NCBI RefSeq assembly: GCF_036321535.1
Contig: NC_087436.1
Coordinates: 5,084,001 to 5,148,000, forward strand
DNA: 64,000 nt
DNA from: Camelus dromedarius
Lineage: Eukaryota
Direction of reading: 5' to 3'
The translations under genes and the position numbers were made by a program. This document shows, piece after piece, positions 1 through 10,596 of this stretch (within the stretch, counting starts at the first letter, position 1; every line of letters begins with the position of its first letter). The notes beneath the pieces are model-generated. The model saw only the letters and a list, made by a program, of their open reading frames with translations. It was not told where the DNA came from and did no database searches.

Positions 1-531
1 TTCTTTTTTGTAAGTCAGTTGGCTATTGAAAGACTTAGTAAGATAAATCTTCCCCAGGTTCTCTAGAGTTTGAGGTAGAAGGACTTCAAGACAAGAGAAC
101 CCTCAGGCAAAACGACTAGCTGATGGCTTGACTGAGCGGCTGTCATTCTAGAAGGTAGCTCTCTGTGAGTCCACACTGGTTCTGCAGCCAAAGTTTAACA
201 CCAGCAAAGATCAATGACTTTCAAGCTGGGCATCGGGCTCACCTGGGATATTTGTTTGAAACCCAGCTTCTTGCGCGATATCCTAAATGTTTCTACACCA
301 ATAAAACTAAAGTAGGATCCAGAAATCTGCACTTACATCACTTCCAGTGTTACTGCTGGTTCAGGCACAGCACTTTGAAAAGTATGTGTTTTGATCAACT
401 ACTCAGAATAAGAAAGTATCAGAGTTATTATTTTGATTTCTTGAATATGTGTGAGCACATCTGACTGTCCTTTATGATTAGATTACCGCATTCTGTTGAT
501 TCTTATTTTGTAGTTGGCTTTATTCCTTTGG

Positions 532-597
532 TAACTATGTACGTTTAAAAAGCTAAAGATCTGATCTAACTATGTAAGTTTAAAAAGCTAGAGATCT
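532..597. repeat. Local tandem duplication, 2 x 31 bp
   Basis: taactatgtacgtttaaaaagctaaagatct (532-562) and taactatgtaagtttaaaaagctagagatct (567-597); 2 mismatches. Confidence 0.9.
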
Positions 598-1149
598 ATT
601 GTTCTTAGAAACAATAATTAGTACCTATATGTAAACTAAAAAAAAGTACAGTATACTGTATATATGTATTTACATGCAATATAATGTGTATGTGTAGTTG
701 CACTGTAATAATTCTACATAATAAAACTGAAAAAGGAAAAAAAGAAAAAAGAAAATATCAGAGCATAAAATTCTAAATTTAGTTTTCTCTTAGCTGCATC
801 ATCAGGCAGAAACAATGCTAATCTAATCAAATTGACAAGAAATCAGATAGAATTTTAAATTCTCTATTAGGTATTATTAATGAACTTTAGCCAAAACGCA
901 CAGTGGATCTTGAGATACTGGCCAATCAAGTAGATGCTGGCCAATCAGTCAAGTAGACCTATCGAATTTACAAATAACTACATCAAAATGTATTGAAGGT
1001 AGGTGCTCAAAATTTCATCCTGACAAGGGTGAATGATGAAAATGTTTGGTCATTCAATTGTTGGTCCACGCTGGAACAGAAGGACCAACATGTATGGACC
1101 ACTTCCCTGTCACCTGCGTGGCTTCCTGCTACCTGTGATGTAATTCACA

Positions 1150-1560
1150 AAGCCTTCCCACAGCAGCATCTCCCGTCTCGGGTTCCTCTCCAGACACATG
1201 GGACTTGCTTCGTCCTGTGAGACTTGCCAGGCTCTGGGATCTGGGCTCCCGCTCAGTCTCCCTTCATCTGTAATGCCTTCTCCCTTCCTCCCTCCCTGTA
1301 TTTGCCCGGCTGCCTGCTACTCAACAGTCTGTCTTTAGATTATACCTTAAAAAGTCATTCCTTTGCAGACCTTTCCAACACACTTGAAACTAGGTTAGAC
1401 TCGTGTCTCCACACACCACCTTAAAGTACTCTGCACTTCCTCTATTAAAACAATCACACCTTCCTGCAATCCCCAGTTAAATTCTTTATTTTCCCCAATA
1501 GTCAGTATAAATGGAGGTCAGGGGCCAGAACTCTCTTAGTCACTGCTCCATGCCCACCAC
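1150..1560 (+). mobile_element. Degraded L2 LINE 3' fragment
   Basis: Pyrimidine-rich tract with L2-like motifs (tctgtaatgccttctccc; tcattcctttgcagacctttcc; ggaggtcaggggccagaactctcttagtcactgct). Confidence 0.6.
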
Positions 1561-3868
1561 CACCATCATTACGCTTGTTTAATTCTTTTAAAATAGAAGT
1601 TTCAGAGTACCTTATAGGGAAATACAGGCAAAAGCAAATTCATATGTCTTCAATTATCTCCCTAAAAACTGAGGTTACCAGGAAGTGTAACAGAAGTGTC
1701 TGTGGTTTAAATGGAGTCAGTGATCTGGGTTACTCGGCGGAGTAACTCCTAAGAGTAAATCAGTAATTTTACTTACGGCTGGTGGAAAATACAGACACCC
1801 CATGTTCTCCAGAAGCTTTAAGAATTTTAAATTCTACATAATTTTTTTTCTTTGAATGCCTCTTATTCAGAAGACTAATGAAATCACAGTGAATTCCTTA
1901 TAGAAATGAAAATGCTGCAGAAAAGGTAATGGGTTGTTGTCATTTTGCCAATAAATATATTGACAATCTGACTTTCATTCACCCTTTCAAACATGCTGTA
2001 CAAAGACCTGCAGATTTGCAGATGAGCCAATTTGTGGTCAAAGAAAATTTATGCCAACAGTAAAGTTCCCATGACTGAGCACTTGAAATAAGAATTACAG
2101 GGTGACATCAATAAGGCAAGGACATTCTTTTAGGCAGTGAACTAAGGAAATGTCTCTGTTCCCATAATCAACCATAACACTTAAATAACTCAACTTGAAT
2201 GCTTTTAATTCTTGTGGTAAAGTTTATAACGCTTTACGATAATTAAGACATAAGAATTAATGAACTACAGCAAACACAAAATACCTTGACTACGTTGAAC
2301 GTGTCGTTTCCTATTTAGTGAACTAGGTCAGGGTATCCCATAGAAGGAGAGACAAAATGGTATAGCAAAGTGTACGGTGAGGAAACTTTCAAAAACTCAG
2401 TCTGCCTTGTTCATAGATTTTCTTATGCCTATTAATCACTGTCTGTGGTACAAATGAATTTTGCCTTTAATGAAACATACTATGTTCCTTTTCTAGGGTT
2501 TTCCTATTAGTAGTGTTTGCATTTGACATTCATTTTTGTGTGATTTAGTACCTAAGTGTGTGATGTAGTGGAATGACATTTATATAGATTTTTTTAATGT
2601 CCCAGCTAGAATAGCAGACATATTAAAAAGAATGACTCACATAGCAATCACGTAAATGCTCCACCATGAACATAATGAAAGAACCATGCAATTTGTTTTT
2701 TTTAATTCATTTTATAATAGGCCTTTATTACCTTTGATGTATTGGAGGCACAGCTCCTGAATGGTGACTGTGATGGATTGGTTTTAGCTAACGATTTGGA
2801 TTTTTTTTTTTTAATGAAATTGCTCCTTAGAATGAGAAAAGGTGGTTTATTTTGAGAATGATCCTGTTCAATGTTTTAGCCTGAGAAAGATTTGAGTGAA
2901 ATTAGCTGTTCTATGGTTCATGAATTATTTCTGGCCTCTATCAGCATCGCTCATAAAGAAATGTCAAAGGGCGGAGCAGCTTGGACGACCCCACCTTGCT
3001 GAGCACTGTGAGGTACCACAGGTGCATTCCTAAAATAAACAGGACTTGTGTATTTCTCAGTCTGTGGCTGCATTCTCCAATTTGTCATCACGAACAATGA
3101 AAAGTTGAGTGACAGACTCATATTGGCGAAATCTGGCTGCCAATGACAGCACCCTACTTTAGAAGACCCTTGGTCTCGGACTAAGCCCTTTGAGTATTTT
3201 AAAGGATTTTAGTTGACACTGCTGAGACAATAAGAAATGGCAGAGGACTATACTTATGGGTCATATTAGAAAAATCAGCTTTAATAAAAACAAAACCATC
3301 TACTTGTCTATGAGTGAAGGTATGCAGAGGGGAGCTGGTCTTTTGATTTTCAGTCTGAATAATAGAAAAAGTGTACCGAAGGGTGTTCTCTTATTGCTAA
3401 CAGGCAGTCCTTTCTATAACTGTGATTTATTTTACCAGAAGCTGGAACAGGTGCGATCTCTCTTTGCCAAAGTCTCCCTGGAGTTCATACCTGCCGTGGG
3501 GTTCTCATTTCAGGTCTGTTTGGTCAGATTGCTGAATGGCGTGCAACCCAAGAACTTCTGGATTTGGACTTGGTCTGGGAGCTATGATCTGAAAATGCAC
3601 TTCTGCAATTTGAACGTAGAGAAACTAACGTACCTGATTTCAAGGATGTTAGTAAGAAACTTTGGCTTCGCAAAAAGTTTCTTCATTGAAAAAGTTTTAA
3701 CAGAAATGAACGCGAGGGTTGATGCATCCCCATAAACTGAAAAATCATATTTCCCAAAATAAATGTCAGCCTCGGACGAGGACCACACGTGGTGCTTTTG
3801 AAAAGCTGAAATCATAGTTATCACAGTTAACAGCAAGAAAGGAAGGAGGTCAGAGGAAACTGTGGGAG

Positions 3869-4005
3869 TTTTTTTTAACTTTATTTTTGAGGGGGGAAGT
3901 AATTAGGTTTATTTAGTTATCTTTTTAAAGGAGGCACTGGGGGTTGAACCCAAGACCTTGTGTATGCTAAGAAAACTCTCTACCGCTGAGCGACACACTA
4001 CCCCC
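3869..4005 (-). mobile_element. tRNA-Ala-derived camelid-type SINE
   Basis: Reverse complement shows a tRNA-like head (gctcagcggtagag...gggttcaacccccagtgcctcc), an aacctaattac body and an A-rich tail. Confidence 0.9.
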
Positions 4006-4967
4006 TGAAAGTGTGATTTGTTGCTTAGAATAAACAGTTTTGCTGTGAACTCTACGAAAAAAATAAATAAATAGAAATAGGTCAAAGGGAAAAACATGAC
4101 TTGCAAACTGCAGTTAAATATGGGGTTTCCACTGTAGGTCAGATGCCGTTTGCTGACTTTATAAAAGAAGCCTTCTAATTGCCTTATTTCCTTTGAAAAA
4201 GACCCAGCATGATGCCAGCAGGTAGGTGCAGCTGTTGGCGTGGCCAGCACAGCCGAGGGGCTGTCAGCGTGGAGCCCTCGCGTCTCTCGGCGGAGGGGGA
4301 GTAATCTGGGCGGGTCCCTCTGTGGCCCCAAAGGCTCTGAACGGCTACATGTCACGTGGATAAGCAGATCAACACAGCTCCAGCTCCAAGTGAAATTTTA
4401 TCTTATTTCTGGCACCACAAAGGCTCACCTGATCCTTATCTGTCCAAGAAAAAACATTCCTCCTTAACAGCCCGGCATAACTCTTTACGATTGCCACATA
4501 CCTTCTAAAAGTCATGAGAGAGCCTTTGTATCAGGCCCTGGGGTAGACAGGGTGGCTCAGGCGCTTAGTCTGATCAGGTTGATCCGTACACTTCACTCTG
4601 TTTTAGAAATATCTGAAGAGAAGAATTTCTCGATGCTCGTTTGAATTTTTCAGAACCCAACCGCACCCCTAGGCAAGCAGGCAAATCTGTGAAATAAAAT
4701 GAAGGCAATATTATTAAAAGACACCTAGTCCCCTTTTGTGTCTTAAAGAGTCTTAGCGCGGGAGTCTGGAGATGGTGTTTTCAGTCCACTTGGGCCGCTA
4801 GTGAGCTCTGGTTCTTGGCCGTGGTCCTTGAGAAACAGACATGATTTCTCATGATTTCCACTGACCAGACAACAAGTGAGCCTCATTTTCTTTCTCAGCT
4901 TCCCTGTACAGCATTCTGAAAGTTTTTCCATTTCTCTGTTGCCTCAGTATAAAAACATTCCAAATGC

Positions 4968-5105
4968 TTTTTTTTAAATGTATTATTTTTAAGGGGAGAG
5001 GTAACTAGATTTATTTACTTACTCATTTTAATGGAGGTGCTGGGGATTGAACCCAGGACCTTGTGCATGCTGAGCACGTGCTCTATCACTGAGCTATCCT
5101 CTCCC
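4968..5105 (-). mobile_element. tRNA-Ala-derived camelid-type SINE
   Basis: ggggattgaacccaggaccttgtgcatgctgagcacgtgctctatcactgagctat plus T-rich tail. Confidence 0.92.
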
Positions 5106-5374
5106 TCTCCTTCCTTATTTATATATATTAACCTTGATGGTGTCAGTGATGAAACAGCCTGAGTTTTCAGAGGAGTGTTGAGACCATCTGCAGGCAGTAA
5201 CTCTGGCCTGGATGGACGTGGCTGGGGGTTCAGGAAGTTTTCAGAGTATGGTGTGTTTTTTCAGAATTATTTGCAAATTTTTCTTATCAAGAATAAAATA
5301 TTTAAATAATATTTATTTAGCAGAAGGAGGAAATGTGCTAAGCAAAGGGATATAGCTGCGAAGCCAAATCACTA

Positions 5375-5481
5375 TTTTTTTAAATTTTATTTTATTTATC
5401 TTAATGGAGGTACTGGGAATTAAACCCAGGACCTTGTGCATGCTAAGCACGTGCTCTACCACTTGAGCTATATCTTCCCCC
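5375..5481 (-). mobile_element. tRNA-Ala-derived camelid-type SINE (short-tailed)
   Basis: gggaattaaacccaggaccttgtgcatgctaagcacgtgctctaccacttgagctata plus T-rich tail. Confidence 0.92.
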
Positions 5482-6194
5482 TCAGATAGAGTTTTCTAGA
5501 TCTTACCTCTACCATTCAAATGAGATAGAAGATTGCACCTTTAAAATGCAGACTTACCAAGCATACTACCCCCCACTCCCGAAAAAACAGAACGCATTTC
5601 TAAGTGTTTAAGGTCATAGTTCATGTACCAGGAGAGGTTAAATCCAGAGGAAGAGAAACAGACATCTTCCACACATACATGAGTGAGGAGTCGGGGCGTC
5701 ATATAAAAAGAGTCGGCCATTGGCAATGTTTTCCGTACTGAAACCGTCCTAAGCAGGAGGGCATCTAATTCGTCGCTGTGTGTTGTCATCTTAATGTACC
5801 TGTGAGCGGGGCTGAAGGGGAAGGAGGGGTTTCAGAATCACCCAGTGCTGACAAGAGCAGAGACTTTCTGACATGTTCCAAGTATAGAAAGACCCTGCCC
5901 TTAATCTGAGCCCTCTCTGGCCCCAGTTGGCTGGAAGGCACATGAGTGTTGGGGCAGGAGATTGCAGGCTCTGCACGATCACCCGCTGGTACAAACCCAA
6001 ACGCTGTTCTGATACTTCGTCATCCTCGTCCGGGTGTAAAGTCACGCTGCGTCACAGGAACGTTTAGAGATGATAACAAGAAGCCTTAATGGGAGAACTG
6101 TGACTCCGAATCCAAAAGGAGTGTTAGTGAGAATTGTTCTCAAGAAATCTAATATCTAGACTCCTCCCTGAGGAGGCAGTATCTTTCGGGGTCA

Positions 6195-6380
6195 AGAGGC
6201 TATTAGAGGTCAAGTGCTCCAGCTGTGGAACCAGACTGCCCGATCTGCCACGTCCCAAATGGATGCTGCGAAAGCAAACACCACCATTTCCTGTGCCTCA
6301 GTCTTCTCCTCTGTCAAATGAGAGTAATATTAGCCACACCCAGGAGCCCTGTGGGAATTACATTATGTCTAAAGCACATT
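6195..6380 (+). mobile_element. MIR SINE
   Basis: MIR core-like ctgtgcctcagtcttctcctctgtcaaatgagagtaatatta. Confidence 0.7.
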
Positions 6381-6593
6381 TTCCAAACTAGGCTATCATT
6401 ACTGTCATCACTGTCATCAACCTCTCGGTGCTGAGCCATCTTCCACAAGTTTTGGGTTTGTAGACAGCGGTGGCTCATAATGTCAGCTTACACCTCATTG
6501 TTCACCCTCAGGGAAACCAGCTTACTTATCACATTGCCCGCACTGTGGAAAGACCCAGAAGCATGACATTTGTTCATTACAACAATTTACTGA

Positions 6594-7360
6594 TTTTTTT
6601 TTTAATTGAAGTACAGTCAGTTACAACGTGTCAATTTCTGGTGTACAGCACAATGTCCCAGCCATGCATTTACATATGTATATTCATTTTCATTAAAGGT
6701 TATTACAAGATGTTTGTCATAGCTCTCTGTGCTATACAGAAGAAACTTTTTTTAAAAATCTAATTTTGTATACAGTGGCTAACATTTGTAAATCTCAAAC
6801 TCCCAAATTTATCCTTTCCCACCCCCTTTCACTGGTAACCATAAGATTGTTTACTAGGTCTGTGAGTCTTTTTCTGTTTTGTAGATGAGTTTATTAGGGT
6901 CCTTTTATTCTTTTCTTTTTTTTTTTTTTTGGATTCCACATATGTGTGATATCATATGGTATTTTTCTTTCTCTTCCTAGCTTACTTCACTTAGAACAAC
7001 CATCTCTAGGTCTATCCATGTTGCTGCAAATGGCATTATTTTATTTTATTCTTTTTTGTGGCTGCGTAATATTCCACTGTGTAAATATACCAGTGCTTTT
7101 TTATCCAGTCATCTGTTAATGGACATTTAGGTTGCTTCCATGTATTGGCTATTGTAAATAGTGCTGCTATGAATATTGGGGTGCACATATCTTTTCAAAT
7201 TAGACTTCCTTCCAGATATATACCCAGAAGTGGGATTGCTGGATCATAGGTTAAGTCTATTTTTAGTTCTTTGAGGAATCTCTATACTGTTTTCCATAAT
7301 GGCTGCAACAAACTACATTCCCACCAGCAGCGTAGGAGGGTTCTCTTTTCTCCACACCCT
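6594..7360 (-). mobile_element. 5'-truncated L1 (ORF2 C-terminus + 3' UTR) with TSD
   Basis: Poly-T, antisense L1 3' end (attgaagtacagtcagttacaa) and ORF2-end motifs (gtgggattgctggatcatagg); TSD aatttactg at 6584-6592 and 7361-7369. Confidence 0.95.
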
Positions 7361-7672
7361 AATTTACTGTTGAAAAATCAGCTTTTTTCATTCCTAACAC
7401 GTATTAAATAGCTAAAGAGAAAAATGACTGAAATCTGAAAGCCTTTCATACCAACTTCAAGAACAAAGAGTCTTCCAGCCTTGTGCTCTCAGTGTGCAAA
7501 GAAAAGATATTGGCTAAGAACCTTTAAAATTTTGCATTATATTTATTCTTAAGAAAAGGATTTAAGCTGTAATTCAAAAAATCATTCTATTTCTTACACG
7601 ACACATATATGTTTATATTTATTATTAAGTTGCAAATGGCAGGAGGTATGAAGTTACATGTTAAAGGTCAAC

Positions 7673-8055
7673 TTAAAAAAATTTTCATTGAAATACAGTT
7701 TACAATGTTACATCAATTTCTGATGCACAGCATCATGTTTCAGTCATACATATACATACATATGTTCCTTTTCGTAATCTTTATCATTATAGGCCATTAC
7801 AAGGTATTGAATATAGTTGCCTGTGATGTCCTCATTCTAAGTGAAGTCAGCCAGACAGAGAAAGACAAACCCCATGTGATGTCACTTATCTGTGGTCTCT
7901 AAAAAAATGACACAAGTGAACTTTTTTACAAAACAGAAAGAAATTCACAGACATAGAAAACAAACTTATGGTTACAGGGGGAAGGGGGATGGGAAGGGAT
8001 AAATTGGGAGTTTGAGATTTGCAGATACTAACTGCTATATATAAAATAGATAAAC
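7673..8055 (-). mobile_element. 5'-inverted (twin-primed) L1 3' fragment
   Basis: Antisense 3' end 7673-7825 joined to a sense piece 7826-8055 (ctaagtgaagtcagccagacagagaaagacaaa...); TSD aaagg(t/c)caac at 7663-7672 and 8056-8065. Confidence 0.9.
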
Positions 8056-8644
8056 AAAGGCCAACATTTTTTATTCTAATTAAACTGAGTTTATAAATTG
8101 TCCAAATGAAAATTTCACCCTTGTTTTCACTTGTTTTGTGTTTGCTTCCCTATTTTGTTATTTCCCCCCTTTTTCCTCTAATAAATATCTACAATGTGTA
8201 CACTTTGTTTGGGGTTAGGAGGAAGATTTTAGTACGGCATCCAGGGCAGACCCAGAGTCCTTCACCATGTGAAGACTCTTCACCACACGACAAGACAGGG
8301 AATCTAGCTTGTAAAAACCATAGGAAAAAAAAATTAACATCGCAGTTAGTTTAGATTTAATTTTAACTGAACTTTCTATAATCTGTTTTCTGTGTTTTGC
8401 AAAGGTCTATTGGGGGAGCCAGAGTCTGTGGAAAAGACTCAGTCCACCATCTTGAAGTAATTCCAAAAAAGCATATTTTCATTTTCTACGTCCCTGCAGC
8501 AAGTCGTCCATTCCTCTTACAGCTTTTACCACCCTGAACCTTGTGCCTCAATGATCTGAGCCTTGTTTTCTCTTCCCTCCTGAGTCCCACGGCAGCCAGG
8601 GGAGATGAAAGCGGAGACTTATCAGACCCTTATGGTGTTTAAGA

Positions 8645-8800
8645 AACATCACGTGTGCCATGCAATTTAAGTCATTTATGCACCCTGTAAATAAGCATTA
8701 ATATTATTTCTACTATATGGATGAGGAAACCAAGGCCCAGAGGAATCAAAGTACATTACATTGTGCCTCTCTGAATTCAAAGTCCAAACTCTTTCCATGA
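8645..8800 (-). mobile_element. MIR SINE
   Basis: attatttctactatatggatgaggaaaccaaggcccagag is the antisense MIR core. Confidence 0.7.
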
Positions 8801-8971
8801 AGGCAGGGATTTGATTCATTTTTTAATCCCCCAAAGAGACGGGCGTATCTCTTCACTCATAGAAATTCTCACTAAATGAAAGAAAGTAAATATTTCCTTC
8901 AAATAGTTTTACTCTAAGTATCATATAATATTTGTCACCTATGGTTTCTGAAAAACTGGCTATGCTGTGCT

Positions 8972-8974
<3 letters not shown>

Positions 8975-9004
<30 letters not shown>
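8975..9004. repeat. (AC)15 microsatellite
   Basis: Direct inspection. Confidence 0.97.
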
Positions 9005-9006
<2 letters not shown>

Positions 9007-9530
9007 TTGCACACACAATAAAAAGAAAAAGCTATTCAGCATACAAGATGAGCAAGCTTGAAGCATCTTAGCAAAGCCTGTATATTTGAGAGTGTCAAAC
9101 AGAACTTTAAACATGTCTTTTTCATTATGTATGTAACCCATATATATGTAAACAAATAAACAAATATTTTTATTCTTACAGAGCATGGTTTCCCCCATTC
9201 TCTCAAATACACTGGGCTCAGTTGGGTTGTATCGCATCGGTGAGTTTAATTAGTTAACAAGGGTTGATTACACAATAGCTGTGTGGTCTAGGCCGCTCAA
9301 AAAGTAATCAAAATAGACTTTCTAAACACATAGGTTGTCATTGAACACCAGATTCTAATATCTTTACTTCACCAGGTAGTTGACAGCATGGGTTTTAAAA
9401 TATACAAAATAGTGTCCAAAAGAGTAAACGCCACAGCATAAAGAGCTTATTTTAATAAAAACAGTTCTATTATACAGCAAACATTTCAAATGTGTTGGAA
9501 TAGATCACACAGTTACACTAGATGATGTAT

Positions 9531-9964
9531 CGGGAGCTGCCGTGGAAAGGCCCACATGGCAAGTGTGGCCAACAGCTGGCAAGACACAGAGACCCTCGGT
9601 GCAACAGCCTTCAAGTCCGGAACTGGCAGAGCACCTGCTTAGCATGCCTGAGGTCCTGGATTCAATCCCCAGTGCCTCAATTTAATAAATAAATAAACCT
9701 AATTATATCCCCCCAACACAAACAAATAAAAAACTAAAAAAAAGAAAAGAAAGGAAACGGAAGCCTGCCAGCAACCAGGGGAAGAAGGCTGCACAGCTGG
9801 GTTGTGCCTTCAGATAAGACCGCAGCCCCGCCAGTCCTTTAAGTGACATCGCAGGAGGCTCTGAGGCACAGAACCCAGCTAAACTGTGAGATGATAAATG
9901 TTCATTGCCTTACACCACTAAGTGTGGGCGTAACTTTTTTATGCACCCAAAGATAACCAATGCA
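9531..9964 (+). mobile_element. MLT1-type MaLR LTR interrupted by a SINE
   Basis: ggcccacatggcaag...cagataagaccgcagcccc...cccagctaaactgtgagatgataaatg...ccactaag...gataaccaatgca resembles the MLT1D/E/F 3' half. Confidence 0.8.
9624..9752 (+). mobile_element. 5'-truncated camelid-type SINE nested in MLT1
   Basis: ggcagagcacctgcttagcatgcctgaggtcctggattcaatccccag, aacctaatta body, A tail. Confidence 0.9.
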
Positions 9965-10515
9965 CTCAATAACATAAAATAACTGAATTAAAAGGAATGA
10001 AATCAAATGTCTTCTTTCAAACAATGACTTGTAAAACTATCTGTGAAATAACACACACAGTACACACAACATGGGGTCATGGTTGAGAGCATAAATTCTG
10101 GAGCCAGAAGGCAGGGTTTAAATTAAGTTGTTCTGAAGCTAACGCATATCCCACTGTCTAAACCCAATGTATCTTTAAGCAGCATTCTGTATAAAATAGT
10201 TTCTTACCAGAAGGTCTGCTCAGCTCAGTTCAGAGCTTACCTGTATCATCCAGAGCATCTAAGTGTGTGGCTGATGTTCTGAAGCACTCACTCACCCAAG
10301 GAGAGGTGAGAGAGGCCTTTTTACACAAGCAGAGAATCAAAAGAAGGGAGAGAGAAGTTTCATGAGGAAACTGATGAGAAAAACGGGATTTAGAATCTAC
10401 ATGCAGCAACTCTCTTTCAAAAAAAGATTATATATGGTCTCTCCACAAAGGAACAGAGTAGAATTAAGTCAGTGGAAGTTCTGTCTGTTGTTATGAGGAT
10501 GTTTTTCACCTGATT

Positions 10516-10596
10516 GTTTTTTTTTAAAATTGATGCATAGTCAGTTACAACGTGTCAACTTCTGGTGTACCGCACCATGTCCCAGTCTTGCACATG
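10516..10596 (-). mobile_element. Short L1 3'-end fragment
   Basis: Poly-T plus attgatgcatagtcagttacaacgtgtcaacttctggtgtac, matching the other L1 3' ends in the window. Confidence 0.85.

Noticed and set aside
3256..3735. 159-aa plus-strand ORF
   Set aside because: No recognisable homology or motif; it overlaps the better-supported minus-strand candidate exon.
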